Below, one piece after another: positions 10,045-19,400 of a DNA stretch of 64,000 nt. Numbering within the stretch: position 1 is the first letter of the stretch; every line of letters starts with the position of its first letter. The translations under genes and the position numbers were made by a program. Location: assembly GCA_043801855.1 (NCBI GenBank), contig JAZDLQ010000017.1, forward strand, positions 15,202-79,201. Reading direction: 5' to 3'. The stretch is from an archaeon (GTDB lineage Archaea > Nanobdellota > Nanobdellia > Woesearchaeales > GW2011-AR15). The notes beneath the pieces are model-generated. The model was not told the origin of the DNA. It saw only the letters and a program-made list of their open reading frames with translations, and did not search any database.

Positions 10045-10842
10045 TCAATTATTCAGCGCCTTGTCGGCGAGCACGCATCTAATCTCTCCATAAGTGATAT
10101 TTTCAGGAAGAGCCAGTTTGATATCAGAGAGTTTTTGAGCATTCCCAAATTTTTTCCTTGCAGCAAGAATAGTTTCAATTTTTTCCTTTGAAACAACTTT
10201 ATCTGCATTTACATATCCATTAGAAATCAGATTGTAAAAATGCCCGTAAATAGTTGATTCAACTAGCCCTCTTTCTTTAGCAATTTCAGAAATGCTTTTT
10301 CCAAGCTTGTGCATCTCAAGAGTAATTTTATCTGATTCACCAACTTCTGCTTGTTTTTTTTCTTTAATTACTTGAAGGTTGACATCTATTTTTTCATTAA
10401 GGACTTTAACTCCCGCAGCCGTTAAAACATAATATGAATAAAATTCAGACACTTGCGACCTTCTGATAAGCTCCATTGCCTCAAGCTGCTCAATGAATTT
10501 TTCAATAATAAGTATCTCATGCCACATAAGCCCTCCAAAGCCTGCCAAGTTAGAATACATAACAACATCTTTGGATTTTGAGCCTTTTAAAAACTCCGCT
10601 AATTTGAGTTTTCCAAGTTGAACAGCGCTAATCGCTGACAGGATAATCCATGCTATGTTTTCACTTTCTTTTTTTCTATCTTTTTTAATATAATAATCTC
10701 TAATTGACTCTTTAACATGCCTGCTTTCAGGGAAGTATTCTTTGAAATAACAGTCATCGCACATTCCATCGTGAATGTACTTATTATGGCCATTTATTTT
10801 TATATTGCATTTTTTGCAATTGAATTCATCATCCATTTGCAC
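10045..10842 (-). CDS. RecQ C-terminal-like DNA-binding protein (zinc ribbon + RQC-like winged helix + HTH_40-like domain), no helicase core
   Basis: N-terminal CKKCNI..CDDCY ribbon. LKGSKSKDVVMYSNLAGFGGL...IEQLEAMELIRR resembles the RQC winged helix. The C-terminal ISEIAKERGLVESTIYGHFYNLISNGYV resembles the helix-turn-helix found at RecQ C-termini. Confidence 0.45.
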   Translation of the reverse strand: MQMDDEFNCKKCNIKINGHNKYIHDGMCDDCYFKEYFPESRHVKESIRDYYIKKDRKKESENIAWIILSAISAVQLGKLKLAEFLKGSKSKDVVMYSNLAGFGGLMWHEILIIEKFIEQLEAMELIRRSQVSEFYSYYVLTAAGVKVLNEKIDVNLQVIKEKKQAEVGESDKITLEMHKLGKSISEIAKERGLVESTIYGHFYNLISNGYVNADKVVSKEKIETILAARKKFGNAQKLSDIKLALPENITYGEIRCVLADKALNN

Positions 10843-10968
10843 TAGTTAAATGTTAATAAAATATAAATTTATTCCTAAATTGGACGCAACAACAAGTGTT
10901 CACATCTGCCAAAGAAACTGAAAGATCCAAAAAGCTGGCTGCCTTAATTCCATTCAAATAAAAGATTA

Positions 10969-11571
10969 CTAAAAATTAAATAGCATATAACTAATCGCTG
11001 ATGTTGCTAGAATTAGGACTATAAATGCAAATTTGAATATAACAACAATAATACCAATTGTTAATAATCTTTGCCAGCTAATGCTTGGATAATGGCTATA
11101 AATTATTACATATGACACCATTGAAGAGAATAGTGAGCGAATTAAATCAATTGGAATAAATAGAGATAATAAATGAATTATAGTTAATATTACTGTTAAT
11201 TTAAGTGCTTTTCTGTAGCTATATGATTCTTTTGCTTCATCATTGCAAAGATATGGTGAAAATAAATCAAGTACAAATGCTTGAAGTAAAATAGCAACTA
11301 CTGCTAGAGCAAGCATAATTAACCATGCAATGTAGACTTTTAATGTATAAGAATAATCCTGTGTATCCTTATAAACTAAATAATTAAAAACAAGGCTTAA
11401 TATTATAAAAAGCATGATTCCAAAGTAAGGATTCCAAAAAAATTTTATAACTTTACTTTCAAGTTCATTATACCTTTCTAATGCAAGCCTTCTTTTCTCT
11501 TTCTCATAATCAATCTTGTCGTAATGATTTTTCATCATTGTTACAAGCTTTTCAAATGATTCCTTACTCAT
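10969..11571 (-). CDS. integral membrane protein (4-5 TM helices)
   Basis: 200 aa with hydrophobic segments (IMLFIILSLVFNYLV, IAWLIMLALAVVAILLQAFVL, VIFKFAFIVLILATS). Confidence 0.5.
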   Translation of the reverse strand: MSKESFEKLVTMMKNHYDKIDYEKEKRRLALERYNELESKVIKFFWNPYFGIMLFIILSLVFNYLVYKDTQDYSYTLKVYIAWLIMLALAVVAILLQAFVLDLFSPYLCNDEAKESYSYRKALKLTVILTIIHLLSLFIPIDLIRSLFSSMVSYVIIYSHYPSISWQRLLTIGIIVVIFKFAFIVLILATSAISYMLFNF

Positions 11572-11950
11572 CTACAAACATAAAATTAAATTGAATTTAA
11601 ATTTATTCAATTTTTATTGGTAGATGATATCATTGGCGAATTAAACAGGTCAACCTAGAAAAAACAAGTGCGTTATTTTAATTTTATTTTTTTGCTTTTT
11701 CCTGCACTATATCTCACTCTCATATACATGAATCCCAAGCTCGTCAATCTCCCATGTCTGAAGCTCTTCTATTTCTTCAGGCATGTAAAGCTTGCCGTCT
11801 TTGTCCTGATACATCATTTTTTCATCTCACCTCGTTTTATACATATTACGCAAATCAAGTTATTAAATGTTGCCTTATACTACATTAACTAAATGGCAAT
11901 AAGTATCCTAAAAGTAATCTTTATGGCCAAAAGTTGTAATTTAAGCAAAA

Positions 11951-11978
11951 TTTTAAAAACAAATTGGAATTTTTAAAT
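11951..11978 (+). promoter_or_regulatory. putative archaeal TATA/BRE region for the tRNA gene
   Basis: TTTTAAAAAC and TTTTAAAT A/T boxes 15-40 nt upstream of the tRNA 5' end. Confidence 0.3.
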
Positions 11979-11992
11979 GAAAACAAACAAAT

Positions 11993-12088
11993 GGGCTAGT
12001 GGCCTAGCCTGGATAAGGCGTCTGCCTTCTAATTGGGTAAAACCAAAAAGTGAGCAGAACACCGGGGGTTCAAATCCTCCCTAGCCCA
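11993..12088 (+). tRNA. tRNA-Arg (anticodon UCU) with ~21-nt canonical intron after position 37; no encoded CCA
   Basis: Acceptor GGGCTAG/CTAGCCC + discriminator A. D-arm GCCT-AGCCTGGATA-AGGC. Anticodon stem TCTGC/GCAGA with loop CTTCTAA interrupted by ATTGGGTAAAACCAAAAAGTG. T-arm GGGGG-TTCAAAT-CCTCC. Confidence 0.7.
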
Positions 12089-12198
12089 TTTACTATTTTC
12101 TTACGAAATCAATTGTTATATTTGAAGATAATTTGAACACACAGTCACTTCGTTCCTGTGCGCTTCGTTTCACTCCGCGAATCCTCCCTAGCCCATTT
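12073..12198 (+). repeat. 19-nt direct repeat (AATCCTCCCTAGCCCATTT) duplicating the tRNA 3' end; copies at 12073-12091 and 12180-12198
   Basis: Exact 19-mer found twice, 107 bp apart. The first copy is the T-arm 3' strand + acceptor 3' strand + discriminator of the tRNA. Confidence 0.8.
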
Positions 12199-12270
12199 TT
12201 CCATTATTTTTATCTAGTTTTCTTTACTTATCCGTAATTATAAAAGATTAAAAAGAAAAGAATTTATTAA

Positions 12271-12411
12271 ATGCCCATGGGTCGGAAGGGAAAATCAATT
12301 TGCCATTGTTGCAAATGTTCCACAGCGTGTTCTGATTTTGCCGAGAATGAAAGGCTTGCTAATGAAGGCTTTTGCCTAAGCATTGTCGAGTGCGAGAATT
12401 TCAAGAATTAA
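12271..12411 (+). CDS. small Cys-rich (zinc-binding?) protein, 46 aa
   Basis: MPMGRKGKSICHCCKCSTACSDF...CLSIVEC has 8 Cys. Below the ORF-track size cutoff. Confidence 0.3.
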   Translation: MPMGRKGKSICHCCKCSTACSDFAENERLANEGFCLSIVECENFKN

Positions 12412-12931
12412 CATTAAATTGAGATGGTTGCTTTTTTTCAATAGTCCTATTCCAGAGATAAGATATTCTTTTGTAAGCTAAAAAAGGCAAAACACCATAT
12501 ATGACATTTCGCACAATGTCTTGCCCAAAATCTGCATTTTGAGCTCCCATAAAGTATGTCTGTGTAACTTCAACACCTACTCCAACAGCTGTTGCTGTAA
12601 GCAGAGCAAAATAATATCTGAATGACTGAGGAAGCTGTGAATTTGTAATTCTATTATATATTTTATTTATATAGTTATAAATTACAGAATATCCTAGTTG
12701 CATCGCACCAAAAGAAAAAATTCCGTGGGCTATCTCATCACGTGTTACTGATCTTAAAAAAGGTGTTTCATCTAATAAATTAGTCTCAACAGCATATCTT
12801 GCAGCAATTACTGCGCAACTAAGCGCATAAGAACCCTTATCAACTATTTTCTCAAGCGATGCTTGTCTCATAAGTGTATTTTTTAAAAGAATCAATAATA
12901 TATTTAAAAAGAAACCTATATTTCTATGCAT
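12401..12931 (-). CDS. hypothetical protein
   Basis: 176-aa ORF divergent from thiI. The true start may be the internal Met (nt 12871), which leaves a divergent promoter. No motif recognised. Confidence 0.4.
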   Translation of the reverse strand: MHRNIGFFLNILLILLKNTLMRQASLEKIVDKGSYALSCAVIAARYAVETNLLDETPFLRSVTRDEIAHGIFSFGAMQLGYSVIYNYINKIYNRITNSQLPQSFRYYFALLTATAVGVGVEVTQTYFMGAQNADFGQDIVRNVIYGVLPFLAYKRISYLWNRTIEKKQPSQFNVNS

Positions 12932-12932
12932 T

Positions 12933-14042
12933 ATGCACTTTGTAATTCATTACGCTGGAGAAATAGGCTCTAAGGGGCAAAACAGGAATTTTTTTTCCAA
13001 AAAGCTAAAGGATAATATAAGAAGCGCGTTTCGTCGCGAAGATTATGATTCTATTAAATCTGAAAATTCAAGAATAATTATAACTGTTAACAAAAATGCT
13101 GAAAAAATAACTGAAAAGATTCAGATGATTGCAGGGATTGGCTTTTTTGGCATTGCAGATTTTGCAAAAAATAATATTACGGATATAAAATCCGTTGTTG
13201 AAAAAAATCATCCTGGAAAATACAATATTAAGATATTTCTTTCGAATAAGCAGTCAGGAATCGTTTTCCAGGAATTAAAAGATTCTCTTTCGAACCATTA
13301 TGATATACATTCACCTGAGCTTAACATTGAGATACTTGATTCTGGTGCGTATGTTTATGATAAAAAGATTGACGGGATGGGTGGGCTTCCTGTAGGATGC
13401 ACTGGAAAATTAATCTCATTATTATCTGGTGGAATCGATAGCCCTGTTGCGTCCTGGAAGATGTATCGAAGAGGATGCTCTGTGTCATTTGTGCATTTTT
13501 ATAATCCGACGACAAATAAGGCTTCAGTCAAGCAGAAGATATTTGACCTTGTGCAGATTTTATCAAAGTACCAGTTCAAGACAAAATTATTTATCGTGAA
13601 ATTTGATGATGTGCAAAGGCAGATTATCGCAAGTGTTCCTGCTGATGTGCGAATGATTGTTTACCGAAGATTCATGTTTAGAATAGCACAAAAAATCGCT
13701 GAATCTGAAAAAGCGCTTGGCTTTGTTACAGGGGATTCTTTGTCACAAGTTGCATCCCAGACTCTTGAAAACATAGGAGTAATATATGAAGCAGCAAAGA
13801 TTCCTGTTTTTGCGCCGTTAATCGGTGAAGATAAAGATGCAATAATTGCCCTTGCTAAAAAAATAGGGACATATTCTACTTCAATTCAGCCATACGATGA
13901 TTGCTGCTCGTTTTTTGTAGCAGAGCATCCAAAGACAAAATCAACAATTGCAGAAATATTAGCAGTTGAAAAAAAAATGGATGTAAAAGCATTAGTAAAT
14001 ATGGCGCTTGTTGATGTTGAAGTAAAGACAATCGTTGGGTAA
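12933..14042 (+). CDS. thiI: tRNA 4-thiouridine synthase / sulfurtransferase ThiI
   Basis: N-terminal ferredoxin-like/THUMP region and PP-loop SLLSGGIDSPVASW. 369 aa. Confidence 0.85.
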   Translation: MHFVIHYAGEIGSKGQNRNFFSKKLKDNIRSAFRREDYDSIKSENSRIIITVNKNAEKITEKIQMIAGIGFFGIADFAKNNITDIKSVVEKNHPGKYNIKIFLSNKQSGIVFQELKDSLSNHYDIHSPELNIEILDSGAYVYDKKIDGMGGLPVGCTGKLISLLSGGIDSPVASWKMYRRGCSVSFVHFYNPTTNKASVKQKIFDLVQILSKYQFKTKLFIVKFDDVQRQIIASVPADVRMIVYRRFMFRIAQKIAESEKALGFVTGDSLSQVASQTLENIGVIYEAAKIPVFAPLIGEDKDAIIALAKKIGTYSTSIQPYDDCCSFFVAEHPKTKSTIAEILAVEKKMDVKALVNMALVDVEVKTIVG

Positions 14043-14054
14043 TTCTAAGAAAAA

Positions 14055-14951
14055 ATGGAATTAGTTAAAATCACTGAAAAGGTATTTTACATTCAAGGTA
14101 GCGTAAATATTGGTGTAATTCTACTTAGCGAAAATAGCTGTTGCCTAGTTGACACTGGGCTTAATGAGGATACTGCAAGAAAGGTATACAATCTCCTTAC
14201 TGAAAAAAAGATTGCGATAAAGGCGATAATAAATACGCACCATCATGCTGACCATTGCGGCGGAAATAAACTATTGAAAGATAGGTCTGGCGCTAAGATT
14301 TATGCGCCTGCTTTTGAAGAGGCGATAATCTCAAACACACTGCTTGAACCCATATACTTATTTTCAGGTGCGTTTCCGATTGATGAGATGCAGAAGGATT
14401 TTTTAATGGCAAAATCAACAAAGCCAGATATTGTTTTTTCATCTGAATCAAATGATATTATGATTGATGATATTAAAATAGGAGTGTTTCCATTGCCAGG
14501 CCACTCACCCGGACAGGTCGGAATCGCATTTGACAATGTGCTTTTCTGCGCTGATTCCCTTATATCAAAAGAGATTGCAGATAAATATAAGATTCCATAT
14601 AACTGCGATATTGAGAAAACAAAAGAGAGCCTGCGAAAACTTATTGCATCTGATTTTAAATTCTATATTCCTTCGCATGGAGCGCTAGTTTTTGATATAA
14701 AAGAGCTTGCAATATTTAACATTGAATTAATTGAGGACGTTGAAAAAAGAATTCTGAAGCTTTTAATAACTGAAAAAACAACAGAAGATGTGCTCTCAAC
14801 ATTATGCAATAGCTTAGGAGTAACGCTTGCAAAAGCACCATCATATTATCTTATGAATAGTGCTGTAATGGCTTACCTTGGCTATCTGCACAACAGCAAA
14901 AAAATCATGTATTTCATCAGAGATAATTCACTTTACTGGAAAATCGCATGA
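14055..14951 (+). CDS. MBL-fold metallo-hydrolase
   Basis: INTHHHADHCGGN (HxHxDH) plus downstream GHSPGQ and SHG metal ligands. Confidence 0.8.
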   Translation: MELVKITEKVFYIQGSVNIGVILLSENSCCLVDTGLNEDTARKVYNLLTEKKIAIKAIINTHHHADHCGGNKLLKDRSGAKIYAPAFEEAIISNTLLEPIYLFSGAFPIDEMQKDFLMAKSTKPDIVFSSESNDIMIDDIKIGVFPLPGHSPGQVGIAFDNVLFCADSLISKEIADKYKIPYNCDIEKTKESLRKLIASDFKFYIPSHGALVFDIKELAIFNIELIEDVEKRILKLLITEKTTEDVLSTLCNSLGVTLAKAPSYYLMNSAVMAYLGYLHNSKKIMYFIRDNSLYWKIA

Positions 14952-15054
14952 GATCTTTTTTGCCTTATTGCATTACTTAAAATAAGCCATGAACTTTCAG
15001 CAAGAGCTATTACAGCAATCTCAATTCCTATGCTTAATATGTTTATCATAACCT

Positions 15055-15135
15055 ATAATACGCAAGCCTGGTTTATAAGGCTGGCGCGGGAATGTCCAGT
15101 GACTAGTGGCCGTGCACTGGACAAGTCCACGTTAG
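15055..15135. ncRNA. candidate structured RNA / GC-rich element (unassigned)
   Basis: Locally GC-rich patch in AT-rich intergenic DNA with hairpins AGCC-N10-GGCT and GTCCAGTG-N13-CACTGGAC. No tRNA cloverleaf could be built. Confidence 0.2.
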
Positions 15136-15181
15136 GTATTTAAAGCATTAACAAGATATATTTTTCAGACAGCAAGGTAAA

Positions 15182-15586
15182 ATGTTAATGGAAGATTCAC
15201 TTTCAATGTTTAAAAATGATGACGTGGCACGAATAGTTGCATTAATTAATAGTGATGGACATTTACAAACAGGAAGAAGAAATCTTATCTCATTTTATTC
15301 AAAAGAATCAGATGAAATAGATTCAGCAAAAAATCTTGTTGAAAAGATATTTAAAATTAATGGAAAGATTTACAAAGACACTCGCGGTAACAGATATAAG
15401 CTTTTTTTTTATTCTAAAGCTGTGCAGATATGCTTATTGAATTGGGTGTTTCGCCTGGCAATAAGACCAATACTTCTTTTTTAGTACTTGACTGGATTTA
15501 TAATGGAAATTCCAATAGGGAACTTTGCAAAAATCATGTTTTATAGCGTGCGCATAGATAATCGAAATTATTAATGCGCACGATAT
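15182..15586 (+). pseudogene. LAGLIDADG-family homing endonuclease relic (single-domain, frameshifted)
   Basis: VALINSDGHL..RRNLISFYSKESDEID..LVEKIFKINGKIYKDTRGNRYKLFFYSK parallels the I-DmoI-type LAGLIDADG domain. The expected continuation ..ADMLIELGVSPGNKTNTSF.. lies in another frame after a T9 run. Confidence 0.4.
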
Positions 15587-15725
15587 ATTGGAGCGCAAAT
15601 AAAAATTTCTACGAATATTACGTGCGCTCCCTATACATGAAGAGCAAAAGCTCTCTCGACGTGAAAAATGTGCTGCAAAGTTATCTATACTCAAAGCGCA
15701 AAAATTGCGCTTTTCCTAATAGCAA
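15545..15725. repeat. three hairpins sharing a GCGC core (GTGCGCAT/ATGCGCAC; GGAGCGCA/TGCGCTCC; AAAGCGCAA/TTGCGCTTT)
   Basis: 8-9-bp perfect inverted repeats within 180 bp, directly after the LAGLIDADG relic. Confidence 0.5.
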
Positions 15726-15904
15726 AGGAATATATCCATTTGCTATATTAGGAGTTTGCAAAGTTTTTTGCAAACTTCTCTATACTCTTTAGCATTGTTT
15801 TCATATAGTTCATACCTTCTTGAATATTTATATTATTGTTTTTTTACTTATTTTCTTTTTTGTCTTACAATTGTCATACAATTATAATACAATATACAAA
15901 AACG

Positions 15905-15920
15905 TAATATTTATATACTA
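15905..15920 (+). promoter_or_regulatory. TTTATATA archaeal TATA-box candidate upstream of the RHH/surface-protein operon
   Basis: Exact TTTATATA at 15910-15917 in a 180-bp AT-rich stretch. Distance to the first ATG is ~70 nt. Confidence 0.3.
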
Positions 15921-15985
15921 CACAGATAATACAAAAATACAATTATTATACTAAAATGATTATCAGTATACTATTTTAGTCAAAA

Positions 15986-16144
15986 ATGGGTCCAAAAGCA
16001 GTAGTTGTAAACATAAGGCTTCCTGATAACATAATCTCCTGGTTGGATTCACTAGTTGAATCAGAGCTTTATAATTCAAGATCTGAAGCAATCAGAGCGT
16101 TCTCACGGGATTATGTTCTTAAAAACAGGGGTGGTGACAGATAG
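15986..16144 (+). CDS. ribbon-helix-helix (CopG/NikR-like) DNA-binding protein, 52 aa
   Basis: VNIRLPDNIISWLDSLVESELYNSRSEAIRAFSRDYV matches the RHH pattern (beta strand, then two helices with an SRSE motif). Below the ORF-track cutoff. Confidence 0.6.
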   Translation: MGPKAVVVNIRLPDNIISWLDSLVESELYNSRSEAIRAFSRDYVLKNRGGDR

Positions 16145-16167
16145 CTGACCAGATAATATCACTAAGA

Positions 16168-16404
16168 ATGCCAAAATCCCTTGTTGAAGAATTAAATAGT
16201 GTTGCAGATAAAAACCATTTTCTTGATATTAGTGAAGAAATCAGGTTTCTTCTTCGTGAAAAATATTTAAGCTATCATGATCCTTATGCATCAGAACTTG
16301 AAAAAATAAGAAATAATTTATCAAAAGTGACTGTTCCGGAAAAAGTTGATGCATTGAAAAAAGACCTGCAAAAGCTATTGGAGGGGCTAAATGACATCAG
16401 GTAG
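16168..16404 (+). CDS. second RHH-like small protein
   Basis: MPKSLVEELNSVADKNHFLDISEEIRFLLREKYL has the RHH N-terminal strand + helix pattern. Its 3' end overlaps the next gene. Confidence 0.45.
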   Translation: MPKSLVEELNSVADKNHFLDISEEIRFLLREKYLSYHDPYASELEKIRNNLSKVTVPEKVDALKKDLQKLLEGLNDIR

Positions 16405-19400
16405 GCTACTATCAAGAATTGTACTTTTAGCACTTTGTATAGCTGCGCTTTTAAATGCAAGCTCTCAGGTTGCGATAATTGATAATAGCACAATCTCAAT
16501 AGATGGTTTTGCATTTAGAAATATTGAAAATCAGGATTATAATGTAGCAAGCGCCGGTTCAATGGCTACGTTCTATGATATGTCTTACTATAATGGCTCA
16601 GGATTTTACCTTGGCGATATTGGAATGGGAACAGATGTTATTTATACCTCTGGATTGAATGCAACCCTTGTTGAAATTTCACTCGTTAAAAAAGAGCCTG
16701 GAAATGTTGATGCGCTACTTGCTTGTGATTATTTTGTTGAAGGATCTTTTGTATGCCAGAATTGGAGTATAGCTGACTTTGACTACGCAGAAAATGAAAC
16801 ACATGTTGTTTTTATAGCAGATTCATTTACTGCGATCGCCGGGCATATTGCTAAGGAGAATAATTTAAAAGAAACATTGCTTGACGTATGGCCGCAAACA
16901 ATTATCGGAAAGCCATATGGTGGAAAGGCCGCATATCCTGGAAATGTGTCTTATATTTATTCGAACTTTACAGATGGAGCATCAGGAGATATATTATCCG
17001 ATGGATTTTGCACAGCAACAGAAACAGTATCTAATTATACAATGATCTACGATTCAGCAAAAAAATTATTCACTTACGCAGTACTATATGATAATCCTGG
17101 AAACTATTCTTTTGGAATTTATTGTTGCAGTGAGGGATATTACTGTTCTAACAAATCAGTAGTCCTTGAAATAAGCCCTCTTATCTCAGCAAACGATACA
17201 CATCTAGACAATGATGGTGACGGGTATTCTTATATCTATGACTGTAATGACAACAACCCGAATATAAATCCCGGAAAAGTTGAAATATTATATAATGGAG
17301 TTGATGATGACTGCAGCAGTGCAACACTTGATTATTTCTTTTTTGATATCAGCACAAATAAGCTGACATATGGATTGGGCGAATCAGTTCAGGTAACAAT
17401 TAGGTCATACAATAATTCCGATGCATATATAACCATTAATTCGCCGTCAAATATTTCTTATGTGTATATATATGCTAATGATACTTATCCTAAAACTCTT
17501 ATTTTTTCACACACAAACAATTCAGGCAATTATTCAATAGAAGGAATTTCTTATTATAATAATTATACCATTTCAAAAGAGATTTCATTTGGCGTTGAAA
17601 ATAATCTTGTAGCCATTGCATCCGCAAACCAGACAGAAGCTTTTAAAAATAATAAGATTGGCTTTTTTGCATCAGCCTCAGGTGGAACCGCACCTTACAC
17701 ATACTCATGGAATTTTGACGACGGAACAGTTGTGTCTGAAAAAGATTTAGTGCATGCATTTAATTCTTCAAAAACTTATAATGTTCTGCTAAGAGTAAAA
17801 GACTACTTCGGAAACCAAAGAACGCAGACACTAACAATTTCTGTAATTGATGAGTATAAGCTTTTAGTGAAAGTAGTTGACAATAATACTAATGCTGCAA
17901 TTAAAAACATTAAAGTGAAGCTTGATAGTGATGCTAAATACACTAATTCAAGCGGGAGCGTTGAATTTAGGGTTGCATTAAAAACATATGATATAAAGCT
18001 ATCTCATGCAAATTACAGCACATACTCGGCTGAAATAAAAATAAATGGAACACATGATAAAGAGTATAGGCTTATAAGAGAAATAACTGGCCTTCCTCCT
18101 CAGATATTTGTCCAGTTGCCTTCTGATAATTCAGAGTATAAAAATAGAGATGTTGAATTTTCTTTCTATGTGATTGATGATACAGATTTAAACTGCACTC
18201 TTTACACTTCTTTTGGAGATTCATGGTGGACAGCTGAAAAAACATTTAGTAATTTAGTTTCTAATAAAGAGGCAAAGCACACTCTTTCTGGGCTAAAAAA
18301 TGGAGAATATTACTGGAAAATTGAATGTATTGATAAAGAAAAAAAGAGTGCAGAAACATCTGAATATAGTTTTACTATAAAAACAGAAGAAAAAAATTCT
18401 ATCGATACAGAGGTGGCTGATATAAACGAAACTTCATCAGCTGTGCAAAGTGTCTATGACCTGCTTCCAGATCTTGATTCTTACACACCTGATCAAAAAA
18501 GAGTGCTTGAATTACTGGATATTTACAATGTACTTGAAGAATCAAAAGTTGAGTTAGACAGGGCAAATAGAGATATGTTTAATCTGCGTTATAGGAAAGA
18601 TTTAATTGATCCAATTGGTGAATCTGAAAAAATAATTCAGCAAATAGCGGCAGTAAAGGATAAGACGCCAAGGTCAGTTACTGTTGAAGATAAGGTTGAA
18701 TTTATTAAATATGTTGATGATAAAGAGGCAGAAGAGTTAATAAATAAATATATTGATTTAAAAAATACACAACTTTCATCAGGAGATAGAAAAAAAATAG
18801 TTGATCAAAACAAGCTGCTCCAAAAAAAGATAACTGTATCCACAGAAAGCTATAATGTGAGAATAGAGTATCTTTCAGGTCGAATTAAAGAACTAACACT
18901 TATTAGCAAAAAATCTGATTACAACAGTGTTACTAATGGGAAATTTGTAGAATTTATTCCTGATGAAATAATAGGCTCTGCAGAATTATCTGTAATTACA
19001 GCATCTCCTGCCATTTTACAGGATGGCAGAATTTTTGAAATACCACAGGATGAAGCGCACACCTTATCTTATTCTATAAATAAAAAGATTTTACTTAGTG
19101 AAATACCAAAAATGAAATCATTACTTATAACGCTCGACGAGCAAAGTGAAATTAAAGAAGGAGGAACAATAACAGGGTTTGCGTTGTTTAATACGCAAGG
19201 CTCAAATAATAAAATTGTATTTTACATCGAAATACTGGTTATTGTAATCCTTGCAGGCATCTATATTTCATATCAATTTAGATATGGCGGAGCCGAAACT
19301 GTGAATGGCGTTCCTGAAACAGCCAAAAGCAAAGAGCCGGTTTCAAGCTATAATTTTTATGGCCAAGGCTTTAAAGCAATTGATAGCGCATCTTCTCTTC

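Noticed and set aside
11668-11892. Plus-strand 74-aa ORF in the intergenic region upstream of the tRNA
   Set aside because: Leu/Phe-rich low-complexity translation of AT-rich DNA with no RBS. A short acidic 36-aa ORF on the opposite strand (11707-11817) is equally unsupported, so neither is called.
11993-12200. Intact integrated element at the tRNA
   Set aside because: The duplicated att-like 19-mers are only 107 bp apart and no integrase or phage genes are nearby. Interpreted as a scar, not a resident element.
15040-15135. GC-rich patch as a second tRNA gene
   Set aside because: Tried to build a cloverleaf on both strands. No T-loop (TTCRANT), no 7-bp acceptor pairing. Kept only as a low-confidence candidate ncRNA.
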